Shown here: positions 6,753 to 17,289 of the stretch, piece by piece | Numbering within the stretch: the first letter of the stretch is position 1 | Layout of the letters: each line of letters starts with the position of its first letter | Origin: Candidatus Parcubacteria bacterium | GTDB lineage: Bacteria; Patescibacteriota; Patescibacteriia; Patescibacteriales; UBA12075 | Assembly (NCBI GenBank): GCA_023132155.1 | Contig: JAGLYP010000028.1 | Location: 1 to 63,759 of the forward strand | Length of the DNA: 63,759 bases | Direction of reading: 5' to 3' | Notes under the pieces: generated by a model | Database searches by the model: none | Told to the model about the DNA's origin: nothing | The model's input: the letters and a program-made list of their open reading frames with translations, nothing else | Program-made: the position numbers and the translations under genes

Positions 6753-8570
6753 ATGGAAGAAGAAAAATTACAAATTGCGATTTATAGAATAAATACTGAA
6801 AATGATTTATTATTTGAAGCGGAAGACAGCTTCGCTTGTTTAAGTGAGCGCATAAAAAGCAAAGGATTTAGCAGTCAAAATTTGCAAGACGATTTAATAG
6901 GTGATTATGATATAGGGCTTTTTTACAAAAAGAGTCCATTAAAACCAAAATGGAAAGATTTTTTCAATGGTATTGCAAAAGATAATCAAGATATTCTAAA
7001 GTTAAATCAAGGTTGGACTGAAAGTTTTGTAATACTTTTTTTAAATAATATTTCTAATAATTTGTATGCAATAACAGGTGGTTCAGGATATCATGTTATT
7101 CAAGAATTTATTGACGATGATTTTGGAGTAGATATTTTATCTTGTCTGATAACGAAAGAAGATAAAATTTTAAAATCAGTGAAAGAAAAAAGTGTTATGG
7201 GCGGAATATTAGGAGCAACTAAGTATTTTAGAAAAAATTATAATCTTTTTGAAAATGATGGTTTCGGGAAAATTTATCAGGAGCTAAAGGCATGTTTAGA
7301 TAAAAATATACTTCAAGATCAGTTTGGTTTTTCTGCGGAGGATTTGAAAAAAGAATCTGCCTGTATTGCAAAAACATCTTTTAAAATAAACAAAGCAATT
7401 ACTTTTAATCAGATTTTTCAAATTATAGATAGGTGCGAATATATTTTAGAGAATCCAGATAATGACCCAAGACTGAAACCAATATCAATAAATAATGTTG
7501 AAAAAATTGTAAAAAAGAAAAAACAAAGGTTAATCCGTGAATTAGAAAATGAGTTGTTTAATCAACTCTGGAAAAGATATTGTGATGAAAATGAGAATAT
7601 AGATTTTGATCTTTGCCATAAAGATTTTGAAAAGTATTTAACAGCTTCAAAATATATTGTTAAAAAAAATATTTCTAAAAATAATCTTTTTGATGATTTT
7701 GAGTTCACGGATGATAAAAAATTGGAAAATATTGATGAATTATTTAAGCAAATAAAAGAATTAGATGGTAGTCCAAGCGACAAGGATGAACTTGAAAGTT
7801 TAATAAAATCTTTAAAAATTTATTCATATAATGATGAAGATGAAATTAATGAGTTGACTAAAGGTTATGTGCTTCATCATATTTTTGGAGATGTTTCTTT
7901 TGATGGAAAAAAATATTTTTTGATTGACAATAATTGGTATAAAATAAAAGATGATTTTATTGATGAATTAAATCAAAGTTGTGAAAGTTTTATTAATAGC
8001 AATCATGATGATGGTCTGGATAAAAAATGGAATTATCCAACTATTAGCGAAAATCAATATAATGAAAGCTATCTGGGTGAAAATAAAACGATTGTTTTGG
8101 ATAAAATTACTCCTGACAATATTGAGCCATGTGATATTTTGAAATGGGATGATGAAAATTTATATTTTTATCATGTAAAGGCTGGTTTTGGAAATACAAT
8201 GAGAGATTTATGTTCGCAAATTTTTATTGCCGCAAATAAAATAAAGAAAGATATAAATTCTTCAAAAGAATATATTGGTAAAATTTATGATCAATTAAAA
8301 AATAAAAAAGGGAGTACAGATGAATATTTTGATAAGATAGGGAAACAGACAGAAATTGTATCAAAAGATGATTTCATAAATTTTTTTACAAGCAAAAAAC
8401 TTGTTTTTGTTTTATCAGTTTTAGACACAGCAACTGAAAGGAATTTAAAAACTGATATTTCTGAGTTTAACTCAAATATAGCAAAATTTTCGTTACAAGA
8501 GTTAGTAAAAGCAATGAAAGGGATTGATGTAGAATTTAGAATTATACAAATTTTTAAGCAAACAGAATAG
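6753..8570 (+). CDS. TIGR04141/DUF6119-like sporadically distributed protein, function unknown
   Basis: The 605-aa protein has an N-terminal block LYAITGGSGYHVIQEFIDDDFGVDILSCLI..DKILKSVKEKS. A C-terminal block reads IEPCDILKWDDENLYFYHVKAGFGNTMRDLCSQIFIAA. Both resemble the family blocks as I recall them (fA.tFG.g..ll....e.dFGl.v.LN......lrs and E.cDl......lihvK....S..lSHLf.Qg..Sa). No search was run. Confidence 0.55.
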   Translation: MEEEKLQIAIYRINTENDLLFEAEDSFACLSERIKSKGFSSQNLQDDLIGDYDIGLFYKKSPLKPKWKDFFNGIAKDNQDILKLNQGWTESFVILFLNNISNNLYAITGGSGYHVIQEFIDDDFGVDILSCLITKEDKILKSVKEKSVMGGILGATKYFRKNYNLFENDGFGKIYQELKACLDKNILQDQFGFSAEDLKKESACIAKTSFKINKAITFNQIFQIIDRCEYILENPDNDPRLKPISINNVEKIVKKKKQRLIRELENELFNQLWKRYCDENENIDFDLCHKDFEKYLTASKYIVKKNISKNNLFDDFEFTDDKKLENIDELFKQIKELDGSPSDKDELESLIKSLKIYSYNDEDEINELTKGYVLHHIFGDVSFDGKKYFLIDNNWYKIKDDFIDELNQSCESFINSNHDDGLDKKWNYPTISENQYNESYLGENKTIVLDKITPDNIEPCDILKWDDENLYFYHVKAGFGNTMRDLCSQIFIAANKIKKDINSSKEYIGKIYDQLKNKKGSTDEYFDKIGKQTEIVSKDDFINFFTSKKLVFVLSVLDTATERNLKTDISEFNSNIAKFSLQELVKAMKGIDVEFRIIQIFKQTE

Positions 8571-8628
8571 TGAACCCCTCCCTGCGGCAGAGACCGCTGG
8601 GTGTTGCCTTTTTATAAATTATAAAATA

Positions 8629-9720
8629 ATGAATAAAAATAACAAAAAGAAAATTTTATTTATTGCCCCGCAACCTTTTTTTGAAATTAGAGGAACGCCA
8701 ATTGCAAATAAAAATATGTTAGAAATTTTGTCTTCTGAATATGAGATTGATTTTTTATCATATCCAATTGGAGAAAATATTAATATAAAAAATGTTAATT
8801 TTTTTAGGTCAAAGTTTTTTGGAGTAAAAGATATTAAAATTGGTTTTTCGTTAAAGAAAATTATTTTAGATTTTGGTTTATATCTGAAAACAAAAGAATT
8901 ATTGAAGAAAAAAAAGTATGATGTTATTCATGCTAATGAAGAATCAATTTTGTGGGCCAGTAGATTGGCTAAAAAATATAATATAAGATTTGTTTATGAC
9001 ATGGATTCAATTATCTCAGAACAATTAAAAAATAAAGACAACGTTTTTTTGGCAAAAATAATGAAAAAAATTGAAGCTAATGCAGTTATGCAGTCAAATT
9101 TAATTCTAGGTATTAGCTCTAATTTTGAAAATTTTTGTAAAAGAATAAAAAATAATGTTAATTATGTTACTATTTGGGACGTTCCGCAGATAACTGATAA
9201 ATTCAAGTTGGAGAATCGTTTTTTAAGTAAGTTAGATAATAATAAATTTAAAATTTCGTATATAGGGAATAATGAGTATTACCAAGGGACTGATATTATT
9301 TTAGAATTGGCAAAAGAGCTACCTGAATATCAGTTTATTTTGGCGGGAGTTGGAATAGACTCTGTTGAAAATAATGTAGTTAGATTTTCAAAGGTTCCAA
9401 TGGGTCAAATTTTTGATCTAATGAGTAGAGTGAATTTATTAATTTCACCAAGGCGAAACGGAACAAATCCTCCAATGAAAATTTATACATATATGTCATC
9501 TGGAAAACCGATTATTGCTAGCAATATTCCTGCACATAATATTTTAATAAATTGTGGGTTTCTCGTTGATCAAGATATTGATTCTTATAAATGTGGAATA
9601 AGAAAAGCTTTATCTAAAAAAGGAAAGATTTTAGCAAAAAAAGCAAAATTAAAAGTTTACAGAGAATTTAGTTTTGAAAAATTAAAAAATTTAGTTTTGA
9701 AAAAATATGGAGAAATATAA
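8629..9720 (+). CDS. GT4-family glycosyltransferase
   Basis: The protein has a GT-B layout. The N-terminus reads KILFIAPQPFFEIRGTPI, and the C-terminal nucleotide-sugar region reads LLISPRRNGTNPPMKIYTYMSSGKPIIASNIPAHN. Confidence 0.7.
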   Translation: MNKNNKKKILFIAPQPFFEIRGTPIANKNMLEILSSEYEIDFLSYPIGENINIKNVNFFRSKFFGVKDIKIGFSLKKIILDFGLYLKTKELLKKKKYDVIHANEESILWASRLAKKYNIRFVYDMDSIISEQLKNKDNVFLAKIMKKIEANAVMQSNLILGISSNFENFCKRIKNNVNYVTIWDVPQITDKFKLENRFLSKLDNNKFKISYIGNNEYYQGTDIILELAKELPEYQFILAGVGIDSVENNVVRFSKVPMGQIFDLMSRVNLLISPRRNGTNPPMKIYTYMSSGKPIIASNIPAHNILINCGFLVDQDIDSYKCGIRKALSKKGKILAKKAKLKVYREFSFEKLKNLVLKKYGEI

Positions 9721-10762
9721 AATAGTTCATATAATAAAAGGTGATTATGGGGGTATGGACTTTTTAGCAAAAAAAATATTTAAAAAATATAATCAAAAAT
9801 ATAATCAAAAAATATTTTTTTTTGAAAATTATGGAAAAAAATTGTACAAAAATTATGTAAACAAAAAAATATTTTCAATTAAAATAAAAAATGAAGTAGT
9901 TTATCTTAATTTATGGTTTAATTTAAAAGATTTATTTCAAGCAGATATAATACACATTCAGCATACAAAGATATGGATTTTATTTTCTCCATTATGTTTT
10001 TTTTGGAGAAAAAATATTTTTTCTTTTCATATAAATTTTGGAGTTGCTGTAAAAAAAAGTTTTTTTATAAGAATTATAATTAGTTTAATAATTTCATATA
10101 TTGCTTTGTTTTCTAAACAAATTATTTGTCTTACGATTGGACAACAAAAAAATCTCAAACAATATAGCTTGCTAAAACGAAAATTTAATAAAAAAGCGGT
10201 AGTTATTAATAATTTTATTAGTAAAAAAATAATTGTTAAAGAGAAAAATAATTTTAATAATAAAATTTTATTTGTAGGTAGATATGAAAAATTAAAAGGG
10301 TTTTATGATTTGCTCAAAGTTTCTAAGAATATTATTGATATAGAGTTTTGTTTTATTGGTGGAGATAAAATTGAAATGGAACAAAAAAATATAATTAATT
10401 ATGGCAAAATTGAAAATTCTCAAATTTTAGAATATTATGATAAATGCTCTATTTTTATTTTGCCCTCATATACAGAGGCTTTTCCAATGACAATTCTTGA
10501 AGCAATGAGCAGGGGATTGGTTATTTTGGTTTCTAATATTCCAGGAATGAACGAAATTATAAAGGATGGGCATAATGGGTATTTGTTTAGCACTGGAGAT
10601 ACAAAAAAGATGAAAGAAATAATTGAGTATTTAAAAGATAATCCATGTGAAATAAAAAGAATTTCAAAAAATAATCTTAAAGATGTTCAAAGATTCACAG
10701 AAGAAAAATTAATTAAAGGATATGAAAAATTATATAAAAAGGTAATAGAAGAAAATGCTTAA
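9707..10762 (+). CDS. GT4-family glycosyltransferase
   Basis: LPSYTEAFPMTILEAMSRGLVILVSNIPGMNEIIKDGHNGYLF is the canonical EX7E region. The gene overlaps its upstream neighbour by 14 nt. Confidence 0.8.
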   Translation: MEKYKIVHIIKGDYGGMDFLAKKIFKKYNQKYNQKIFFFENYGKKLYKNYVNKKIFSIKIKNEVVYLNLWFNLKDLFQADIIHIQHTKIWILFSPLCFFWRKNIFSFHINFGVAVKKSFFIRIIISLIISYIALFSKQIICLTIGQQKNLKQYSLLKRKFNKKAVVINNFISKKIIVKEKNNFNNKILFVGRYEKLKGFYDLLKVSKNIIDIEFCFIGGDKIEMEQKNIINYGKIENSQILEYYDKCSIFILPSYTEAFPMTILEAMSRGLVILVSNIPGMNEIIKDGHNGYLFSTGDTKKMKEIIEYLKDNPCEIKRISKNNLKDVQRFTEEKLIKGYEKLYKKVIEENA

Positions 10763-12026
10763 ACAAAAATATAGACAACACAAAGAAATAATTGATAATT
10801 TTCTTTGGAGAATATTACAAATATTGGGAAAGCAGGGGACTGTTTTTTTAATATTTTTTGTCTCAGCAAAATTTTTACTACCTGAAAATTTTGGATTATT
10901 GAATTATTTAATGGCAATAATTGCATTGTTCATGATTTTTTGCGATTTTGGATTATCATCTTCAATTTCAAAATATTCGGCAGAATATAAAAATAAAGAT
11001 AAAAATAAGCTACCCGATTTATTGAATTCGTCTTTATTAATTATTTTTGGGTTGTCGTTTTTGGTAAGTTTTATTATTGTTTTTTGTGGACAAAAAATAA
11101 TTGGTAATAATTTATTGTTATATTTTATTCCCTATATTTTTTTGTATCCAATAACAAGTTTGTTTGACGGTTATTATCGTGGAATAAAAGAATTTAAAAA
11201 GATTTCCATTATAACAATATTTTCTGGAATTATTTCAATTTTATTATCATTTGTTTTAATTTCAAAATATTTATTTATTGGAGCAATTATTTCACAAAAT
11301 TTATTTTTTATTTTATTGGGATTTTTATTTTTTATTACGAAAAAAAAAGAAAAAATTAGTTTTAATAAAGAAATAGCAAGGCAAGTTATAAAATATGGGT
11401 TAGTTATAGGAATTATCAATGTTTTGTTTTTTTTATACACAAAAGTAGATATTATTATTTTAAAATATTTTGGATATATTGTTGAAATTGGATATTATGA
11501 AATTGTCAATAAAATATTTATGATTTTATTAATACCTTTCGTGATAATAGGACAAGTAATTGCGCCTAATATTACAAAGCTATATTCTGATAAAAAATAT
11601 CAAATTGTAAAAAAGAAATTTTGGCAGTATATGATATTTTTTTCAATTATTTCTTTTGTATTGGCAATTTTTGTTTATTTTATTTTTCCAATAATTCTTA
11701 AGATTGCTTTGTTTAAATATTTTACTAATGACACAATTTTAATTTTTCAATTTTTAATATTACTTTTTCCGTTAAAAGCTGTCGCTGCAATAATAAATCA
11801 TGCGCATACTGTTCCAACAGGCAATGCTAAGTTTTCCATGTGGACGATGATTCCTGCCGGGATTGCAAATGTTTTTTTAGATTTTATATTTATCGCAAAA
11901 TATGGTTTTATAGGAGTTGTTTACTCAACAATAATTTGTTATATTTTTGCAACCGTGTCATTTATAATTTTATACTATTTAAAGTTAAATAAATTAATAA
12001 AAATACAGATAAATGAAAAATACTAA
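10755..12026 (+). CDS. Wzx-like oligosaccharide flippase (MOP superfamily)
   Basis: The 423-aa protein has about 12 predicted TM spans and sits inside a glycosyltransferase operon. Its N-terminus, NFLWRILQILGKQGTVFLIFFVSAKFLLPENFGLLNY, is typical of polysaccharide biosynthesis flippases. Confidence 0.65.
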   Translation: MLKQKYRQHKEIIDNFLWRILQILGKQGTVFLIFFVSAKFLLPENFGLLNYLMAIIALFMIFCDFGLSSSISKYSAEYKNKDKNKLPDLLNSSLLIIFGLSFLVSFIIVFCGQKIIGNNLLLYFIPYIFLYPITSLFDGYYRGIKEFKKISIITIFSGIISILLSFVLISKYLFIGAIISQNLFFILLGFLFFITKKKEKISFNKEIARQVIKYGLVIGIINVLFFLYTKVDIIILKYFGYIVEIGYYEIVNKIFMILLIPFVIIGQVIAPNITKLYSDKKYQIVKKKFWQYMIFFSIISFVLAIFVYFIFPIILKIALFKYFTNDTILIFQFLILLFPLKAVAAIINHAHTVPTGNAKFSMWTMIPAGIANVFLDFIFIAKYGFIGVVYSTIICYIFATVSFIILYYLKLNKLIKIQINEKY

Positions 12027-12882
12027 TCCTAAAATTTCCGTTATAATGTCAACCTATAACGAGCCGTTAGAATGGATAAAAAAAAGCATAGATTCTATTT
12101 TAAATCAAACCTTTATAGATTTTGAGTTTATTATAATAAATGATAATCCAGATAGAATTGAATTACAAAAGTTTTTAGAAAATCATAAAAGGCAAGATAA
12201 AAGAATTATTTTAATAAAAAATAATAAAAATTCAGGATTAACAAAATCATTAAATGAAGGATTAAAAATAGCAAAAGGTAAATATATCGCAAGGATGGAT
12301 GCGGATGATATTTCTTTTTTAGATAGATTTAAAATACAATATGAATATTTAGAAAAGAATAATAGTATTTATTTAGTTGGCTCTGGTGCGATATTAATTA
12401 ATGAGCAGGAGAGTACAATAGGAGCTTTTACGCCATTGACAGATACTAAAAAGATAGAAAATAGGCTAAAAAAGACAAATTGTATTTATCATCCGACCAT
12501 TATGTTTAAAAATGAGAAAATATTTTATAGAGAAAAAATGTTTTATTGTGAGGACTACGATTTGTATTTACGGTTATTATCTAAAGATAAACAATTATCT
12601 AATATTAGTGATACTTTAATCGAGTATAGGATAAATTCTAATTCAATATCAAAGTCTAAAAAATTATATCAAAAATTATTTACAAAAAAAGCTAAAGATT
12701 TTTATTTTCAAAGAGCAAAAAATGGCTTTGATGATTATAAAAATTTTGATTTTAATAAAATTTTAAATAGTAATTTTTTTAACTCTCCGATACAAATAGT
12801 TTATGTGATTTTAAAAATTTATTATTTTAAGATTGAGTTTATTTTTAAAAAAATGTTATACAAAATGAAAAATATATTTTAA
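12013..12882 (+). CDS. GT2-family glycosyltransferase
   Basis: ISVIMSTYNEPLEWIKKSIDSILNQTFIDFEFIIINDNP and ARMDADDIS supply the DxD motif of GT-A fold GT2 enzymes. Confidence 0.85.
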   Translation: MKNTNPKISVIMSTYNEPLEWIKKSIDSILNQTFIDFEFIIINDNPDRIELQKFLENHKRQDKRIILIKNNKNSGLTKSLNEGLKIAKGKYIARMDADDISFLDRFKIQYEYLEKNNSIYLVGSGAILINEQESTIGAFTPLTDTKKIENRLKKTNCIYHPTIMFKNEKIFYREKMFYCEDYDLYLRLLSKDKQLSNISDTLIEYRINSNSISKSKKLYQKLFTKKAKDFYFQRAKNGFDDYKNFDFNKILNSNFFNSPIQIVYVILKIYYFKIEFIFKKMLYKMKNIF

Positions 12883-13031
12883 TAATCTGCCAAAAATTTA
12901 CAAGGCGTAGGATTGTGAAAGTTTACTCCCATTTATAAATTCTATGGTAGTTGACGGATTTAATAAATTTAAATGTTTTTTTATGAGGGTGTAAAATATT
13001 TTGCGAAATTAGCAAAAAAAATTTATTTGAA

Positions 13032-15320
13032 TTAATTTTGAAATATAAAAAAATTATAATCACCTATTCTTTTTTCAAGAATAAATTTGTTTTTGATATC
13101 GTACTCTTTAATTATTTGCCCCCTCTCTCCAATATCTTTGAAGTATTCATAGTTTTTATCTAATTTTGAAAAAATTATATCTGTCCTCCTATAAGATGTT
13201 TTTTGTAAATCTTTGTCCGTAAATATATTAGCGTATTTTTCATAATCGGGAGATTCCTTGGCCGTAATTAAGTATTTTATTTTATATTTTTTCATGGTTT
13301 CTGAAAATCCATTTTGCCTAACAGACAATTTAAAAGATGGCTTATCAAAAAAAGAATAATCTCCAAGCCTGCCCCTTCCAGTGCTTATAGTAAGCGGAAG
13401 CACGGTAGATTCGTCAATATAGATTTCGTCTTCATAGGTGTGGGAAATTAAATAATTTGATGCTTCAGATAGTCCGTTTAATCGTATAGATAATAATGCT
13501 GTTGTTTTCTGAAAAGTTAAAATTGACGAAGAACATATAAGTATAATTAAAAATATTTTAGAAAACCGTGATTTAAAAGTCATTAATAAAGTAGATGTTG
13601 CGATACAAAAAGAAATCATAATAATTATTGTATAGTAATTATGAAAAAAAATAATTTTAGATGCTAAAATCCAGTATATTAAACTTCCCAAAATAAATGA
13701 TTTTAGTAAAATTTTTGATCTAGTATTTATATTATAAAAATTTATAATACCAATTAATCCAAAAAAGAAAATTAAACTAGTCATATATTCTTTGAATTGA
13801 TTTATTAACATATATTTATAAAAAGAAAAATTCAAGATTAATCTATGGTCAGTTAAAAATTCTTCAAAGTAGTACTTTAATCCAAGCAGATTTAAGAATA
13901 TTATTGTTAATGAAATTAAAATAAAAAAGAATATGGCTAAGAGAATTTTTTTTTCGGACAATTTATAAAAAATTTTATCAATTTTTTTGTTATATTTATT
14001 TATTTTTTTAATCAATGTAAATATTAAAATTATACTTATTAAAAACAAAAAAATTCCTCTATTAGCATTTGATGGTAAAATTTCTATAGATAATTTAGAT
14101 ATAAGCAAAGGGGCAGATATAGAGAAAAAAAAGATAGAAGAACTTTTTAAAAAAAGATAAAGTTTAGTTTGTTTATAGTAAAGGAATGTTAAATAAATTG
14201 GAATTGCGAATAATGCTAGATTGTATTTTCCAGAAATTCCAATACCTAGTATTAATCCTGAAATAATTAATGAATTAATATTATTTTTTTTAAAATAAAT
14301 ATTTAAATAAATTAATGAAAGAAACATTATGGCGATACACAGACTGTCATAGATAGTGACAAATGTTGAAAATAAAATTATAGGATTAAGCGCAATTAAT
14401 AATGAAATTAATAAGGATGTTTGTTTTAAAAATATTTCTTTCAAAAAAATATATGAAAAAATAATAATTAATATCCCAATAAAATGCATAACGATTCTTG
14501 TAGAAAATTCTATACTAGTTTGTGGCAGTATTTTGTATACTGCCGAAAGTGACCATTCCAAAATTGGTAAATGTCCGAATTTTTGGAAAATACCTTGTTT
14601 GTTATCTATTGGATCTATATTATATTTTTTTTGAAATAAAAAAGGATTATTTTTTTCTGCCATATATTTAGCTGGCTCTACATATGCATTATATTTCATC
14701 CTGTGTTTTCCTGAAAAATCCGTATTTAAATACGGAGCTTTAATGAAAGTGAATAAAAATATAATAAACAACAAGATTAAAAAATATCCCCATCCTTCTT
14801 TATATATCCATCGAATAAAGTTTCTTAATCCCCAAATTTTGTTTATTTTTTGGAATTTTTTATAAAATTTTTCGTATCGTTTTTGTTCTATTTTCTCTTC
14901 GTTTAATTTTTTTATTTCAATTTCTTTTTCAATTCTATTTCTATTTGCGTAAAAAGTAAGAAAACCAATCATTATTGAAACACAAGATATTTCAAAAGTA
15001 TAATTGATTATTATTTCGTTTTTTAAAAATTGATTTATTGCTATTATCGCTAATGAAAATAAAAATAAACAAGAGAATGTTTTAATTAATTTTGATTTCT
15101 CTCTTTTGTTTTCCGGAATATTTTTAATAATTTGCGAGAAATAAAAAGTAATAGAAATTATAGAAATCGCAAAAATATATTTAATTTCAATATAAAAAGA
15201 AATAATATTATTAAAGAAGACATTATAAAACAACACTATTATATAAAAAAGTAGTGTTGTTATTGATATATAAAGCGATATTTTTTTCCAATCAATTTTT
15301 TTAAATTTATTCCACATCAA
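13032..15320 (-). CDS. large polytopic GT-C-type membrane glycosyltransferase (PMT/ArnT-like) with C-terminal extracytoplasmic domain
   Basis: The 762-aa protein has more than 12 hydrophobic spans followed by a soluble C-terminus of about 150 aa. It lies in an operon with another GT-C gene. The assignment rests on architecture only. Confidence 0.5.
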   Translation of the reverse strand: MMWNKFKKIDWKKISLYISITTLLFYIIVLFYNVFFNNIISFYIEIKYIFAISIISITFYFSQIIKNIPENKREKSKLIKTFSCLFLFSLAIIAINQFLKNEIIINYTFEISCVSIMIGFLTFYANRNRIEKEIEIKKLNEEKIEQKRYEKFYKKFQKINKIWGLRNFIRWIYKEGWGYFLILLFIIFLFTFIKAPYLNTDFSGKHRMKYNAYVEPAKYMAEKNNPFLFQKKYNIDPIDNKQGIFQKFGHLPILEWSLSAVYKILPQTSIEFSTRIVMHFIGILIIIFSYIFLKEIFLKQTSLLISLLIALNPIILFSTFVTIYDSLCIAIMFLSLIYLNIYFKKNNINSLIISGLILGIGISGKYNLALFAIPIYLTFLYYKQTKLYLFLKSSSIFFFSISAPLLISKLSIEILPSNANRGIFLFLISIILIFTLIKKINKYNKKIDKIFYKLSEKKILLAIFFFILISLTIIFLNLLGLKYYFEEFLTDHRLILNFSFYKYMLINQFKEYMTSLIFFFGLIGIINFYNINTRSKILLKSFILGSLIYWILASKIIFFHNYYTIIIMISFCIATSTLLMTFKSRFSKIFLIILICSSSILTFQKTTALLSIRLNGLSEASNYLISHTYEDEIYIDESTVLPLTISTGRGRLGDYSFFDKPSFKLSVRQNGFSETMKKYKIKYLITAKESPDYEKYANIFTDKDLQKTSYRRTDIIFSKLDKNYEYFKDIGERGQIIKEYDIKNKFILEKRIGDYNFFIFQN

Positions 15321-17091
15321 TTTTTATTTCCTTAAATAATATCGGATTTTGAATAATATTCTCAGTAAGCGCAAAATCAAAATTTTCCTTGTTGTCAGTA
15401 ATAATTTTTATTGGCAATAAATCGTCTTTGTTTAAAAAAATATTATCAGGCAATAATAAAATTGCTTCGCTTGGCAAAGAATTTTTTAACCAAGATATTA
15501 AATCCGTTGCGAGAGAATTTGTGTTTTTTAATTCGTTATTGCCAAATAATTTATATTCATTAAACTGCGCCAACGGGCTATATCCTTTTGTATACAGAAA
15601 ATTTTCATTTTTAAATTGTTTATATAGCTCATTATTTCTAATTTGAAAAGTTATAGATTTTAAATTATCTGATTTTTCAATATTCTTTAATGAAAATAGT
15701 TTATCAACCTTTAACCAGTTATTCGCCAATTTAGTATAATTTGTATCAGAAATTATAATATCAGTCCCAATATTTGTAAAAGTATTAGTGTAAATTTCAA
15801 AATAATTATTTTTATCAATAGAAAAATTAAAACCATCTGTGCGCTGATCTCCTTTTGTAGTAATAATATTTTCTCCGCTTAACATATCTGTGTATTGCCA
15901 TTTACCCAGTCGTATATCATCTATAACAATATCTTGTTCAATATTTTCTGATTTAATTTTTATTGTTTGCACCGCGTTTCCATGCCACGCGTAAAATCCA
16001 ACATTTAGTATCCCTTTATTATTCGTATATAATTTTGCATCATCAAGTATTAAAGATTTTTCTGCAAATATAATTTTATTAGTATTAATTTTAAAGTTAG
16101 TAATTGTCCAGTCATAATTTATTAAGTCAGGATTAGCTATATCAAGAGCCAATTTATAAACTCCGCTACTTGGAACATCAAAACTTATATCCTTCCTAAC
16201 AACCGGCGTAAATTTTTTGCTTGCATCCTCAATCCCATCATCATCCAAAAAATCCTCTTCAATCAAATTATCATCCAAATCATACAAAGCAACCCGCACC
16301 CTATCAGCACCCTCATAATTATTCAAATCCTTCTTAATAACTTCCATCTCCAACCCACCCTCCAAATAAACAAAAAACTCATGCGGACCCCTTATAGTCT
16401 TATCCATAGTCGTCCATTCCCCCTTATGAAAATCAATATCAGGATTAACCAATTTAGACTTAGGAAAAACCTCATTCTTAATCTCAATAGAATCATCAGG
16501 ACTGGCATTAAGCCCGATCCACTCCTCAATAGAATCAGCAGATATATAATCATCCCGCTTTTCTTTAGTATAAATATGAACCCCATCAAAAGTAGCAGCC
16601 AAAAAATAATCGCCCATCTTGCCGTCGTAAAACGCCTGCCAATTGTATTTTTCTTCCTTTTCACAATTCGGACACACAAGTGAAATCTCCCATTCGCCGT
16701 CGCCTTGCAAAATCATAGAAACAGTAATGTTTTTATTAAGCGGAAACTCCTCCGGTTGGAAAACAAAAGAAATAGGGGAGCCTTCAACTTGGGCGATAGT
16801 GCCGGTGTCGGTCTCTTCAAAATAAGAAAACTTTGGAGAATTTTGCAGTTCGTTAATATACAGAGGGAGCTCTGTATTTTTGAAATTTTCTTCGTTAAAG
16901 TCTACTGAATAGCTCGCATTGTAATTTTGCGCGTCATAGAATTTTACGCCTAAGTAAATTAAAATAGAAAAAGGAAGCAACAGCGCGATAATTTTCGCGA
17001 TTGTGTTTAAATTATCCCATTTGTACCTTAGCCTTATTACAAGATGTTTTTTTGGTTTTCTTATATGTTTTTTAATTTGTTTTCTTAGCAT
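15307..17091 (-). CDS. membrane-anchored extracytoplasmic protein, unknown function
   Basis: The 594-aa protein has a basic N-terminus, one TM span (IAKIIALLLPFSILIYLGV) and a large soluble domain. It overlaps the downstream GT-C gene by 14 nt. Confidence 0.6.
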   Translation of the reverse strand: MLRKQIKKHIRKPKKHLVIRLRYKWDNLNTIAKIIALLLPFSILIYLGVKFYDAQNYNASYSVDFNEENFKNTELPLYINELQNSPKFSYFEETDTGTIAQVEGSPISFVFQPEEFPLNKNITVSMILQGDGEWEISLVCPNCEKEEKYNWQAFYDGKMGDYFLAATFDGVHIYTKEKRDDYISADSIEEWIGLNASPDDSIEIKNEVFPKSKLVNPDIDFHKGEWTTMDKTIRGPHEFFVYLEGGLEMEVIKKDLNNYEGADRVRVALYDLDDNLIEEDFLDDDGIEDASKKFTPVVRKDISFDVPSSGVYKLALDIANPDLINYDWTITNFKINTNKIIFAEKSLILDDAKLYTNNKGILNVGFYAWHGNAVQTIKIKSENIEQDIVIDDIRLGKWQYTDMLSGENIITTKGDQRTDGFNFSIDKNNYFEIYTNTFTNIGTDIIISDTNYTKLANNWLKVDKLFSLKNIEKSDNLKSITFQIRNNELYKQFKNENFLYTKGYSPLAQFNEYKLFGNNELKNTNSLATDLISWLKNSLPSEAILLLPDNIFLNKDDLLPIKIITDNKENFDFALTENIIQNPILFKEIKIDVE

Positions 17092-17152
17092 ATTGTTTTT
17101 TCGTCTTTAATTGTTTATTTTATGGTTGCCGGTAATTCATATATTATAGATT

Positions 17153-17200
17153 TCTCCGCTCCGTTCCGCTGTCGCTCCACTCCGGTCGAAATGACAAAAA
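17153..17200 (-). repeat. solo TGTCAT-type half-element
   Basis: The minus strand reads TTTTGTCATTTCGACCGGAGTGGAGCGACAGCGGAACGGAGCGGAGA. This has the same TGTCAT..CGA outer signature as the inverted-repeat elements, with no partner arm nearby. Confidence 0.45.
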
Positions 17201-17289
17201 GGCGAGGCTGGGGTTGCGACAAAATCACGACAGTGATCGCGACACTAAGTATTTAGCGCATAAAAATTGGCAATGTGTTAGCAGATAGT

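Noticed and set aside
16200-16900. A C-rich, G-poor plus-strand stretch with locally higher GC inside the 594-aa gene, considered as a possible foreign insert or hidden RNA
   Set aside because: The coding (minus) strand here encodes an acidic, Gly/Glu/Asp-rich segment whose GAx/GGx codons explain the skew. The reading frame is continuous, and the extra short ORFs on both strands are by-products.
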